Assembly: GCA_049472175.1 (NCBI GenBank) | Contig: JBLIRF010000003.1 | Location: 1-32,240 of the forward strand | Source of the DNA: Thermoplasmatota archaeon | GTDB taxonomy: Archaea > Thermoplasmatota > Penumbrarchaeia > Penumbrarchaeales > Penumbrarchaeaceae | Length of the DNA: 32,240 bases | Direction of reading: 5' to 3' | In this document: positions 1 to 9,469 of the stretch, in pieces | Position numbering within the stretch: position 1 is the stretch's first letter | Layout of the letters: every line of letters begins with the position of its first letter | Translations under genes and position numbers: made by a program | Notes under the pieces: model-generated | The model's database searches: none | Seen by the model: only the letters and a program-made list of their open reading frames with translations | What the model was told of the DNA's origin: nothing

Positions 1-1977
1 GGAAAGGACAACGGGTCGAACGGCAGGACCGCAGGAGACGGCATAGGAGATACCGACCTGCCCTTCCTTGCAAGGGACCCTTATCCTCTGCTCCAGGACA
101 GATACTGGGAAATGCCCGAAATACCTGACCTGCAGATAAGATACGAGACCGGCTCCGACCGGGTGGACCTCAGCTGGATGGGAGAGGGTAAACGCTACAT
201 CGTACAGAGGTCAACCTCGCCGGATTTCTCCACCAGACTGGTCTCATGGTCATCGGCCGATACCGCATTATCGGTGTTCGGCAATGAGAACACGACCCTC
301 TTCTTCAGGGTCAGAAGCTTCAACGATACTGGGTCGAGAGGATGGAGTACATCCTGCTATGTCCATGTGGACCAGCGTCCACTTCCCCCTAAGGTCATCT
401 GGCTGGAGCCTGTCCCCGAGGGGAGAGCCATAAAGGTCTCCTGGGAATGGGAAGGTGAGGACATCTTCAGGGCATTGATCTACTATACCCTGGGATTTAC
501 CGATTACAACCCTGTGGCGGTCTATTATCCAGAATCAAGTACGGTCATCACGAACCTCATCAACGGGAAGGAGTATTCCATTCATATGATCACCAAAGAC
601 CATTCCGGGCTCACCTCGGAAAGCTCGATCTCTAAAAAGGAGACCCCGAGGGACACCGTTCCCCCGCCACCACCCAGGGATATTGTGGCCAGAACAAAGG
701 ACAATGAGACCATCGTGATCGAGTGGAGCCCGCCCTTGATGCAGGATATCTCGGAGTACATCCTTTACCGCCGTGAACTGGGTTCGGATGGGTTCATGGA
801 AGTTACGAGGCTCTCCAAATCTGTACTGTATTACGAGGATGAGGGTCTTTCGGACAATACCACCTACGAGTACGTGATGGCATCCGTTGACGATGACGGT
901 CCGGTCTCGGACCTTTCCTACCCTGTTCGGAACACCACGGCCCATCACAACCAGAGGCCCATATTCGCAGGCTCCGAGCTGATCATCTACTTGATGGAGG
1001 ACAATGGCCCTTACCAGAGCGGGATACTGGATGGGTTCTCCGACCCGGACGGTGACACATTGAGCTTCAAAGTGGCGGAATATTTTCCCTTCAAGGCCAC
1101 GATCGCGGACGGAATATTGTGGCTTGTCCCGGAACCTGATCAGGCTGGAGAAGGATACGTACAGGTCCAGGTTTCGGATGGTGAAAGCTACGCATTGTTC
1201 CTGATAGGCGTCCTGATCGAACCCGTGGAGGACCCTCCAAGAGATGTTCGCATTATCAACCCGACCAATGGGAGCATACTGCTTCCTGGAAACCCCGTGA
1301 CGCTCGAAGCTTCCGGATACGATCCCGACGCTGCCAACGGGGATATCATGAACGTCACTTGGACCTCGGACAGGGACGGCCTTCTGAACACGAATACACA
1401 GTCGATAATGAGAGCTGTCAGGGAGCTCAGTCCGGGCAGGCACAGGATCACATTGAAAGTTGAGGACAGAGCTGGTAACTCCGCAGAGGACTCCATCATC
1501 GTGATGGTATCCCTGTGGGGATGGGGGGACACACCATGGAGGGCTTCTTTTTCCGACCCGGAGCGCAGTATAGATCCCGAAGCCCCGTTCCTGGAGATAA
1601 TCATAGAGAACGATTCCCCTCTCGTACTTAAGTTCAACATACAGGGAAAGGTAGAGGAAGTACCTCTTCCGGGAGAGAGGAATGTCATGATCGGACCGAG
1701 GTCAAGCGGCAGGATCATCCTTGAGATAATGCCCGGGCTGAAGCTGGAAGAGAATGTCCAAGTCGAGCTCGAGATAGAGGCGGCCACCCTGAACGATACC
1801 TACGCTGGCCAGATGGAGATCTCCGATAATTATCGGATCCTGTCCGGAAACGATGCGTCTTCCCCCGAAAAGGGGACCGTACTGGCGATCGTTGTATTAT
1901 CCGTCCTTGCCCTGATCGGTGTCGGTTCATACCTGCTCTATACCTTCAGGTCCAGGACCTACCGCAAAGGTGATTAG
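1..1977 (+). CDS. Large membrane-anchored surface protein (5'-truncated): fibronectin type III repeats, cadherin/Ig-like and PKD-like domains, C-terminal TM anchor
   Basis: Frame 1 is open from base 1 (GKDNGSNGRTAGDGIGDTDLPFLARDPYPL...), so the ATG at 112 is probably internal. The DGIGD..P....D.YPL motif is typical of the end of NosD-like beta-helix domains. Fn3 signatures include LSW..YIVQRS, ITNLINGKEYSI and YEDEGLSDNTTYEY. DPDGDTLSF and WTSDRDG..G.HRITLKVED indicate Ig/PKD-like domains. The hydrophobic C-terminus VLAIVVLSVLALIGVGSYLLY is followed by a basic tail. Confidence 0.8.
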   Translation, partial: GKDNGSNGRTAGDGIGDTDLPFLARDPYPLLQDRYWEMPEIPDLQIRYETGSDRVDLSWMGEGKRYIVQRSTSPDFSTRLVSWSSADTALSVFGNENTTLFFRVRSFNDTGSRGWSTSCYVHVDQRPLPPKVIWLEPVPEGRAIKVSWEWEGEDIFRALIYYTLGFTDYNPVAVYYPESSTVITNLINGKEYSIHMITKDHSGLTSESSISKKETPRDTVPPPPPRDIVARTKDNETIVIEWSPPLMQDISEYILYRRELGSDGFMEVTRLSKSVLYYEDEGLSDNTTYEYVMASVDDDGPVSDLSYPVRNTTAHHNQRPIFAGSELIIYLMEDNGPYQSGILDGFSDPDGDTLSFKVAEYFPFKATIADGILWLVPEPDQAGEGYVQVQVSDGESYALFLIGVLIEPVEDPPRDVRIINPTNGSILLPGNPVTLEASGYDPDAANGDIMNVTWTSDRDGLLNTNTQSIMRAVRELSPGRHRITLKVEDRAGNSAEDSIIVMVSLWGWGDTPWRASFSDPERSIDPEAPFLEIIIENDSPLVLKFNIQGKVEEVPLPGERNVMIGPRSSGRIILEIMPGLKLEENVQVELEIEAATLNDTYAGQMEISDNYRILSGNDASSPEKGTVLAIVVLSVLALIGVGSYLLYTFRSRTYRKGD

Positions 1978-2010
1978 GCAGTTCTACATGGTCTTTCCGA
2001 GGCGTCTTCG

Positions 2011-3099
2011 ATGGACGATGACAGGAAGATCTCACTGGGGGAAGGTGCGGGTGGTGAGCTCATGCAGAAGATGCTCGGAGAGCTCGTCATACCGCTGTTG
2101 AGAGAGGCTGATATCGATGATGATCCCGCAGGTCTTTCCCCGGGGCTTCTGGACGATTCGGCTGCCGTGGACGATGTGGCGATCACCATCGACGGACATA
2201 CAGTATGGCCTTTGGAATTCCCCGGGGGGGACATCGGCTCCCTATCCGTATACGGTACTGTGAACGACCTGTGGGTGGTCGGAGCGAGGCCACGAGCCCT
2301 TGCCCTGTCCATGGTCATCGAGGAAGGACTTGACCGCTCGCTCCTTCGCAGGATATCCTCGTCCATTGGCTCGGCCTCGAGATCTGCGGGTGTGATCATC
2401 GCAACAGGGGACACGAAGGTGGTCGAACGGGGAGGGGTCAAGGGAATGATCATCTCCACTGCCGGTATCGGCATCAAGCATCCACTCCTTGACGAGAACT
2501 GCAAGAGGGCCTCCTTTTTACGTTCCGGATCAGGGGAAAAAGCTCCAGTATCCCCATGGCTGAGGGATGACGGGGTGCGCAAGGGTGATGTGATAATCCT
2601 CTCCGGGTCGATCGGGGACCACGGCATATCACTGCTTTCCTTCAGGGAAGGATACGGTTTCGACACCGAACTCGTATCAGACCTCGCTCCACTTGGTGAG
2701 GTCATCGAGGCCGCCCTTCGCATCGGAGGGGTCATCGCCGCGAAGGACCTTACCCGCGGAGGTCTCTCGAACGGACTCAACGAATGGTGCGGAAAGAGCG
2801 GACACTCCATCCATGTATCGGGACCAGATATTCCGGTCAAGCCTGCAGTGGCAAGTGCCTGTGATATGCTTGGATTGGACCCTTACGAGATAGGGAACGA
2901 GGGCAAGGTCATCCTTGCTGTTGCTCCCGGCAGCGAGGAGGAGATACTGGAGGCCGTGAGAAGGACCAGGACAGGTAAGGATGCGGCCATTATCGGTCAC
3001 GTGGGTGCAACGGGAAGGAACGTCATCCTCGAGACCGAGATCGGAGGGAATAGGATCATGGACCCGCCCTACGGAGATCCGGTCCCAAGGATATGCTGA
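2011..3099 (+). CDS. hypE: [NiFe]-hydrogenase maturation protein HypE (carbamoyl dehydratase)
   Basis: N-terminal GEGAGG, FPGGDIGSLSVYGTVNDL, TGDTKVV, DLTRGG, GLDPYEIGNEGK, and the diagnostic C-terminal PRIC with the catalytic terminal Cys. Confidence 0.96.
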   Translation: MDDDRKISLGEGAGGELMQKMLGELVIPLLREADIDDDPAGLSPGLLDDSAAVDDVAITIDGHTVWPLEFPGGDIGSLSVYGTVNDLWVVGARPRALALSMVIEEGLDRSLLRRISSSIGSASRSAGVIIATGDTKVVERGGVKGMIISTAGIGIKHPLLDENCKRASFLRSGSGEKAPVSPWLRDDGVRKGDVIILSGSIGDHGISLLSFREGYGFDTELVSDLAPLGEVIEAALRIGGVIAAKDLTRGGLSNGLNEWCGKSGHSIHVSGPDIPVKPAVASACDMLGLDPYEIGNEGKVILAVAPGSEEEILEAVRRTRTGKDAAIIGHVGATGRNVILETEIGGNRIMDPPYGDPVPRIC

Positions 3100-3136
3100 A
3101 TGGGATCATGTCAAGGAGACAGAACACCCCCAAATG

Positions 3137-3144
3137 TATTAAAT
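3137..3144 (+). promoter_or_regulatory. Putative TATA box for the SBBP surface protein gene
   Basis: TATTAAAT lies about 30 nt upstream of the ATG at 3174 in a short intergenic gap. Confidence 0.4.
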
Positions 3145-3173
3145 GACCTCCTCATTCCTTTCAGAGGATAGGG

Positions 3174-6100
3174 ATGCGGATAGAAATGAGAGCTTCGACG
3201 ACGTTCCTTCTTGGTATTGTCATGCTATTTTCAATATTCTCGATATCGCCAGAGCCTGAAGGCCCGCAGGACATTGTCCAGGCCATTGGAGCCAACAGCC
3301 ATGAAAATGGACAGGAGGAGGATCTTATCCTAGACTCTCCCGGCAGGGATTTCTTCATCGAGAACAGAGGTCAATGGGGGCAAGATGTCTATTACATGGC
3401 AAGAACGGGGTTCGGAAGCATTGTGCTGGGAGACGGATTCGTCTCATACCGCCTCATCAGGATGACAGGAGAGGAAGATGAGGGGCTGGCGGGGACTTTT
3501 AGATATCCTCTTGGCCCATCTCCGGACCCCTTTTCTGTTGCAGAGATAAAAGTACAATACGCAGGTTCCGATCGTCCAATTCCCACAGGTTGCTGCAGGA
3601 TGGATTCCTACTCGAACTATTTCTACGGCAGTGACCCGGATGGATGGGTTTCGAGAGCTGGACATTTCGAGAGAGTGAGATATTCCGGCCTTTGGGATTC
3701 CATCGATATCGAGTTCTACTTCGGTACCGATGGACCGAAATACGACATCATTCTGCATCCCGGAGCTGACCCTGACATGATCTCCCTGAGGGTCGACAGG
3801 AATATCGTCCCTGTGATCGGAGAGCGTGAGGTGGGATTCGAGGTCGATGGTGAGATCCTCCTGACTGACGGCGCTCTCAGGACCTTCTACATGGACAACG
3901 GTGAGGAGATCGTATCCAGTTTCGAGATGAGGTCAACGAATACGATCGGCCTCCGCCTCGAGGGATACCAGGAATCAAGGACGGTTGTCATCGATCCTCT
4001 GGTATATGCAACATTCATCGGCGGTCAGAGATACGACCACTGCTACGACTGCGAACTGGATTCATCGGAGAATGTTCTCGTATCGGGTGACACGGCATCA
4101 GAGGATTTCCATGCCGGGGTCGGAACGTTCGATACCACATACAACGGTGGTTACGACCTGTTCGTGATGAAGTTCGACCCGTCCGGCAAGAACCTTATCT
4201 TCACCACCTTCCTGGGGGGGGGATATTCCGAGACCTATGGATACATCGAGATCGACAGCAACGACGACATATTCGTTCTGGGAAGCGGAGGCGGAGAGGA
4301 CTTCCCGGTAACCCCGGGAGCTTACGATACCAACCCCTACGGAAGTGACAGGATAACCTTGAGCAAACTCAGCTCTGACGGGACCAAGCTGCTCGCTTCG
4401 ACCTTCTTCGGGGGATCCAGTCTGGATCTGGGCTTCGCCATGATGCTGGATGATATGGACAGACCGTATATTACAGGGTACAGCTGGTCGAAGAACCTGC
4501 CAACGACATCCGGGGTCCTGCAACCAGAGTCTCCCGGCGGCCATCATGATGCATTCGTTTCCTGTTTAAGCTCCAACCTCTCCGATCTGGTCAGATCCAC
4601 CTATATAGGAGGAGAGGGCCGGGATGAGGGTTACGGACTGAACATCGATACTCAGGGGAATATTATCGTCACTGGACAGACGGACTCCACAGATTATCCA
4701 ACGACGGTGGATGCGAACGTGACCCAGCATATGGGCGGATCGGACGGATTTCTCATGGTCCTTGACCCGACGATGACGAATATGTTATATTCCACATTCA
4801 TAGGAGGCAGCTCGGAGGACAGGGGATATGATATCGAGATCGGCAGCAGGAACAGATTGTACGTGACCGGGTTCACGGGGTCATCTGAATTCTACGTTAC
4901 ACCAGGGGCATACCAGAAACCGAATTCACCTGTCGGATATGCTTTCGATGTCTTTCTCATGAAGTTCGACCTTTCCAGAAATAGGCTCGAATATTCAACC
5001 GTGATCGGCGGCTACGAGAGGGATTACGGTATTTCCATGAAGGTTGACGACAGGGAACAGGTCTACATAACCGGATTGACCGAATCTCCCGACTTCCCCA
5101 CCACATATAACGCTGATTACAACGTTCACAACGGTAACGAGGATATATTCTTCACAATGTTCAACCTGACAACGAACAAGATACTCTACTCAACGTTCAT
5201 GGGAGGGGCCGCCCAGGGGAACGATGAAGGCCATGATCTGGAGCTGACAGAGGACCTCGATGTCTGGATAACAGGTTACTCGAGCGACTATCTTTTCAAT
5301 ATAACACCTGATGCTTTCGACAACGTGGACCCCGGAGGGGATGAGGGCGTTCTCGTGAAATTCCATGTCCCCGACCCACCGAGTGCCCCTCGCGGTCTAG
5401 GTTTCGATCTGAGGAAAGGTTCGATAGGCCTGGAATGGTTGCCGCCCTCCGATGAGGGGGATGAGATGTTGACAGGGTACATGATATATCGCGGGTTGAA
5501 CGGTTCCAGACTTTCCCTTTACAAGACCATTGGAAAGACGACAAGCTACGATGACCTGAACATCGATAATCATTATACATATCAGTATCTCGTAACGGCT
5601 TTCAGCTGGATAGGTGAATCTCCTCCGAGCAACATCGTCACCGTTAAGGATGACCAGGACCCATATCTGGTCTCCGACCTCACATCCACCACTGGGTTGT
5701 CGGGAGAGGCGCATGAGTTCAGGTCGAGGGTAAATGACAATGTCGGTATTTCCAGGGTTACCCTTCATCTGGATATCGAGGGCAAATGGTCAGATCACGA
5801 AATGATGAACCAAAGCGGAACCGATCACTGGTCCTATATCCTCAGGATCGATCCAGAATTCTCGGGTGATATCAGGTACCGGATCGAGATCGAGGATTTC
5901 AGCTCCAATATCATATTCACAGTATGGAGAACGGTCAAGATAAGTGATGAGATCCTCCCATTCGTCACAGAGGACATCAGTGATGCCCTGGCAGTGGCGG
6001 GCTACATCTTCAACTTCAGGGTCAAGGTGAATGACAATCTCGCTGTCCGGAACGTATCGGTCGAATACTGGTACTGGGGAGGAGAACATACGAATGACAC

Positions 6101-7430
6101 CATGGACCAGATCAACAGTACAACGTTCAGAAAGAACATAACAACAGAATCCCGTACAGGGACGATAACGTACAGATATCATCTGGAGGATGTTTCCGGC
6201 AACTGGAACAGAAGCATTCCTTTCTCCAGGGAGATCGTGGATGACGTACCCCCGGTCTTCGGAGGTGACCTGTCCACAAATGACGCTGGGACCGGTGACA
6301 GGTTCGTCTTCAGGGTCAGCGTGTCCGACAATCTGGAAGTAATTGGTGTTTTCGTCGAGTACTGGATGGGTGACATCCCCCATAACAACAGGACGATGAT
6401 GGGTGATGATGAACCCACCTGCAGCATAGACCTGCCATCAGATTCGCTCCTCGACCTCGAGTTCTTCTTCTCGGCCCAGGACGTTTCCGGCAACTGGGCC
6501 AGGACAAAGGTCTTTCGGAGGACCGTTCTGGACAATGATCCGCCAGTGCTCTCAGCCGGTTGGGAGCCCCCAAAGACAGTTGGCACAGGGGATATTCTAT
6601 CCCTAAATGTGCCCATCAAGGACAATATCGAGCTCCATGAGGTCATTGGCCACTATTCCTTCGATGACGGCAGCTCCACGGACGTCCCTCTGCTGGATGG
6701 TGACGTTATATGGTTGCTCAATATATCCATCCCGGAAGACCGTCTCGGGACCGTTCACATCATGTTCTCGGGCAAGGACACCTCCCAGAACTCCATGCAG
6801 TCCACGACATTCAATGTCACCATAGTGGATAACAAGAAACCCACAATACTGCCGATCGAGAACATCACCGTTGATGAACGAGCGCAGTTCACGATACAGG
6901 TCCTCTCCTCTGACAATATCGGTGTCGTATCCATCGAATGGAATGGATTTCCGGTCTCCCACTCGGGTGATGTGTTCAACGGTTCCGTTGACAGGCCCGG
7001 AAGGTATCAGGTCAAAGTGGTGGCCACGGACGGGGCGGGGAATTCCGCCTCGGCGTCTTTCATCCTCACTGTAATAGATATCAAGGAGGACGGCCCTTCA
7101 CATCTTTCAACAACAGCAATGATAATGATCGGAGCCGCTATCCTGATAGTGGTCATCCTGTCGATATCATTGATGATCTTCCTGCTTGCGAGGAGAAGAA
7201 AGAAGAGCGCACCGATATTCCAGGAGAAGACGGAAGAGCCTGTCGAGGAGATCAGCGCACCGGCAGAAGAACAGAAGGAAGGGATCGAAGAGCCTCTCCT
7301 GAACCCTCTGCCTCTGACCGAAGAGCAGATAAACTTCCTCAACTACACCGAAACATCAGGAACATTCGAAGAACCTCACACCCAAGAAGAGATGATGAAC
7401 GATGAGGAGAAAACAGGTGCCCTCCCATAA
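3174..7430 (+). CDS. Large surface protein: signal peptide, SBBP-associated N-domain, SBBP beta-propeller repeats, Fn3, ~5 Ig-like 'DNDPP' modules, TM and acidic cytoplasmic tail
   Basis: FIENRGQW...SNYFYG...VRY..LW..ID..FY...KYDIILHPGADP is the N-domain typical of SBBP proteins. Repeated YSTFIGG..D.G..I..D....YITG.T.S.DFPTT marks SBBP blades. PPSAP...WLPP..G...TGY.IYRG is an Fn3 domain. TM is MIMIGAAILIVVILSISLMIFLL followed by RRRKK. The start could also be ATG 3186. Confidence 0.88.
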   Translation: MRIEMRASTTFLLGIVMLFSIFSISPEPEGPQDIVQAIGANSHENGQEEDLILDSPGRDFFIENRGQWGQDVYYMARTGFGSIVLGDGFVSYRLIRMTGEEDEGLAGTFRYPLGPSPDPFSVAEIKVQYAGSDRPIPTGCCRMDSYSNYFYGSDPDGWVSRAGHFERVRYSGLWDSIDIEFYFGTDGPKYDIILHPGADPDMISLRVDRNIVPVIGEREVGFEVDGEILLTDGALRTFYMDNGEEIVSSFEMRSTNTIGLRLEGYQESRTVVIDPLVYATFIGGQRYDHCYDCELDSSENVLVSGDTASEDFHAGVGTFDTTYNGGYDLFVMKFDPSGKNLIFTTFLGGGYSETYGYIEIDSNDDIFVLGSGGGEDFPVTPGAYDTNPYGSDRITLSKLSSDGTKLLASTFFGGSSLDLGFAMMLDDMDRPYITGYSWSKNLPTTSGVLQPESPGGHHDAFVSCLSSNLSDLVRSTYIGGEGRDEGYGLNIDTQGNIIVTGQTDSTDYPTTVDANVTQHMGGSDGFLMVLDPTMTNMLYSTFIGGSSEDRGYDIEIGSRNRLYVTGFTGSSEFYVTPGAYQKPNSPVGYAFDVFLMKFDLSRNRLEYSTVIGGYERDYGISMKVDDREQVYITGLTESPDFPTTYNADYNVHNGNEDIFFTMFNLTTNKILYSTFMGGAAQGNDEGHDLELTEDLDVWITGYSSDYLFNITPDAFDNVDPGGDEGVLVKFHVPDPPSAPRGLGFDLRKGSIGLEWLPPSDEGDEMLTGYMIYRGLNGSRLSLYKTIGKTTSYDDLNIDNHYTYQYLVTAFSWIGESPPSNIVTVKDDQDPYLVSDLTSTTGLSGEAHEFRSRVNDNVGISRVTLHLDIEGKWSDHEMMNQSGTDHWSYILRIDPEFSGDIRYRIEIEDFSSNIIFTVWRTVKISDEILPFVTEDISDALAVAGYIFNFRVKVNDNLAVRNVSVEYWYWGGEHTNDTMDQINSTTFRKNITTESRTGTITYRYHLEDVSGNWNRSIPFSREIVDDVPPVFGGDLSTNDAGTGDRFVFRVSVSDNLEVIGVFVEYWMGDIPHNNRTMMGDDEPTCSIDLPSDSLLDLEFFFSAQDVSGNWARTKVFRRTVLDNDPPVLSAGWEPPKTVGTGDILSLNVPIKDNIELHEVIGHYSFDDGSSTDVPLLDGDVIWLLNISIPEDRLGTVHIMFSGKDTSQNSMQSTTFNVTIVDNKKPTILPIENITVDERAQFTIQVLSSDNIGVVSIEWNGFPVSHSGDVFNGSVDRPGRYQVKVVATDGAGNSASASFILTVIDIKEDGPSHLSTTAMIMIGAAILIVVILSISLMIFLLARRRKKSAPIFQEKTEEPVEEISAPAEEQKEGIEEPLLNPLPLTEEQINFLNYTETSGTFEEPHTQEEMMNDEEKTGALP

Positions 7431-7473
7431 TTTGGGCAGGCAGTAGGGAATCCCTTCAAGATCATTTACCGCT

Positions 7474-8460
7474 TCACTTCTTTCCCCCGAGAAGCTGCAG
7501 TCTTGCAAGGAGAGCCTCCAACTGTATCCTCTCATCGGCACCCTCCACAAGTCTGAAATCCGCCTCCCCTATCGCGTCCAGAACCTTCACCCTTATCTCT
7601 TCTTCCATGGGGATGTTGAAAAGCTCCCTGTGAAGCTGTGTCAGGATATCCTCCCCGGCAAGTCCGCCCTCCGTCAGTAATTTTTCGAGCTTGCTCCTTG
7701 CCTGAGAGAACTTCCCGTTCAGGGAGAGCTCTATGAGCTCACCTATATCCTCCGGCCTTGCCATCGCCGAACTCTCGTAGAGGTTCTCCGAATCTATAAC
7801 CTTCGAGAAGGAGGCCGCGACCTGGAGAATGTTCACGGCCTTTCTCAGGTCTCCCTGGGAGACGTACAGGAGGGTCTCGAAACCGGATTCGGTAACCTCC
7901 ACACCCTCACCCTTCTCTATCCTCATGATATAGCTCCTGATCTCCTCCTTCCTGAGAGGGGAGAACCTTAGAACCGAACATCTTGACTGGATGGGCGGAA
8001 TGATCCTTGAAGAGTAGTTGCACGAGAGAATGAACCTGCAGGTGTTGGAGTACCTCTCCATGGTGCGCCTCAGCGCAGCCTGTGCATCAGCGGTCAGCGA
8101 ATCGGCCTCGTCCAGGAAGATCACCTTGAACTGGGCTCCGCCGAGAGGAGCTGCCCTTGCGAAGTTCTTGATCTTGGTCCTGACGATCTGGATGCCCCTC
8201 TCGTCGGATGCGTTGAGCTCCTGGAAATTGTCCCTCCAGGAATCCCCTCCGAAGAGCTCCCTGACCATGGCAAGAGCACAGGTCGTCTTCCCGGTTCCTG
8301 CCGGACCCGTGAACAGGAAGTGAGGGAGGTTCCCTGTCGCTACTATCGCCCGTAACCTCTCGATTATCTCGGTCTGTCCGACCACCTCATCAAGGATCCT
8401 GGGCCGGTACTTCTCGGTCCATATCTCCTGAAGGCGGACCTCACCTGCATCCTCTGGCAA
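7474..8460 (-). CDS. rfcS: Replication factor C small subunit (clamp loader)
   Basis: WTEKYRP, GPAGTGKTT (Walker A), ELNASDERG, FLDEAD (Walker B) and the SRC motif (IQSRC). No intein. The start is uncertain: TTG at 8460 follows GGAGG, whereas the ORF track uses ATG 8490. Confidence 0.96.
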   Translation of the reverse strand: MPEDAGEVRLQEIWTEKYRPRILDEVVGQTEIIERLRAIVATGNLPHFLFTGPAGTGKTTCALAMVRELFGGDSWRDNFQELNASDERGIQIVRTKIKNFARAAPLGGAQFKVIFLDEADSLTADAQAALRRTMERYSNTCRFILSCNYSSRIIPPIQSRCSVLRFSPLRKEEIRSYIMRIEKGEGVEVTESGFETLLYVSQGDLRKAVNILQVAASFSKVIDSENLYESSAMARPEDIGELIELSLNGKFSQARSKLEKLLTEGGLAGEDILTQLHRELFNIPMEEEIRVKVLDAIGEADFRLVEGADERIQLEALLARLQLLGGKK

Positions 8461-8875
8461 CCTTCTCCCTCCGTCTGATGTACTTCTCATCGTTCATGGT
8501 CGGGGTCTCCAGGAACACTCTCGAAACATCCCAAGCCAGCTCGTCCCCCACCACCCTGGCACCAAGGCAAAGCACGTTCGCATCATTGTGGAGCCTTGCC
8601 ATCCTTCCCATGTACTCGTTGGTGCACAATGCTGCAATGATCCCCTCCACCCTCGAGGCTGCATTGCACATGCCAACACCGGTCCCGCAGATGAGGATGC
8701 CCCTGCACCCATCAAGCACGTCGGCAGCCACCTTGAAGGCGATGTCGGGGTAATCCACTGGTGAAGGATCGAAGGAGCCTCGGTCCAATACACTGTAACC
8801 CGCTTCCGAGAGTCTTCCTTTGAGGAATTCCTTCAGGTGGAAACCCCCGTGGTCCGCCCCTATGCTGACATTCAT
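8441..8875 (-). CDS. rpiB: Ribose-5-phosphate isomerase B (RpiB/LacAB family)
   Basis: GADHGG, VDYPDIA, GILICGTGVG (catalytic Cys), ARLHNDANVLCLGARV. Confidence 0.93.
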   Translation of the reverse strand: MNVSIGADHGGFHLKEFLKGRLSEAGYSVLDRGSFDPSPVDYPDIAFKVAADVLDGCRGILICGTGVGMCNAASRVEGIIAALCTNEYMGRMARLHNDANVLCLGARVVGDELAWDVSRVFLETPTMNDEKYIRRREKVARGCR

Positions 8876-8970
8876 GGGAACACAGCTCCAAGATGGACGG
8901 ACAAGGATATCTCGATATTTTAATTACACTCCGGGGGGGTGGATAAAAGAAGTGGGTCAACACATCAGGT

Positions 8971-9312
8971 TCAAGTTATCTGTGCGACGTTCCAGACCTC
9001 TTCCTGCTCCCCGGTTGGACCGTTCGTCAGTTCCAGAAGGGCCTTCAACCTACCGTTCTCGAATGTCAGGTATGCCGATTTCAATGTTGACTGATAAAGG
9101 CTGACCCTCTTTCCCCTGGGGGTCAGGATCTTTTCCATTATATGGAGCAAACCCAAGTTCTCGAGCTCCCTTATCCGTCTGTAGCATGCCGCGATGGGAA
9201 TGTTGAATTTGATGCTCAGATAATTGGCCGACCTGGGTATCCTGTAGGTAGCCGTAAGTATCTTGACGGTATGCTCGTCACTCAGAAGCTTGGTAACTGC
9301 AAGAGGATCCAT
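8971..9312 (-). CDS. Winged helix-turn-helix (ArsR-like) transcriptional regulator, archaeal type
   Basis: LLSDEHTVKIL...PRSANYLS..FNIPIAACYRRIRELENLGLL...GKRVSLYQS is a typical small archaeal wHTH. Confidence 0.85.
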   Translation of the reverse strand: MDPLAVTKLLSDEHTVKILTATYRIPRSANYLSIKFNIPIAACYRRIRELENLGLLHIMEKILTPRGKRVSLYQSTLKSAYLTFENGRLKALLELTNGPTGEQEEVWNVAQIT

Positions 9313-9336
9313 CCGTTGAACACCATCTGATAGTTA

Positions 9337-9379
9337 GACATACATGTCCAGGTTTGTAAAAGTCCGCCATTATTTAAAA
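9337..9379 (-). promoter_or_regulatory. TATA box and short palindrome (candidate operator) upstream of the wHTH gene
   Basis: TTTTAAATA on the minus strand at 9379-9371. GACAT-AC-ATGTC inverted repeat at 9337-9348, near the expected transcription start. Confidence 0.4.
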
Positions 9380-9469
9380 CCTTTTGGTAATTCCTTCAGT
9401 CCAGGTTCAGACCGATGGACAATCCATCAAAAAACTAATCTACGGCAAGAGGGTTCGAGCCTTGATATA

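Noticed and set aside
535-2840. Minus-strand ORFs of 302, 199 and 288 aa
   Set aside because: Fully antisense to the Fn3 protein and hypE, with Ser/Pro/Arg-rich or His/Val-rich shadow composition.
6190-6500. Repeated GTTTCCGGCAACTGG as a DGR template/variable repeat pair
   Set aside because: Only ~15 nt, explained by internal domain duplication. No adenine-specific mismatch pattern and no reverse transcriptase.
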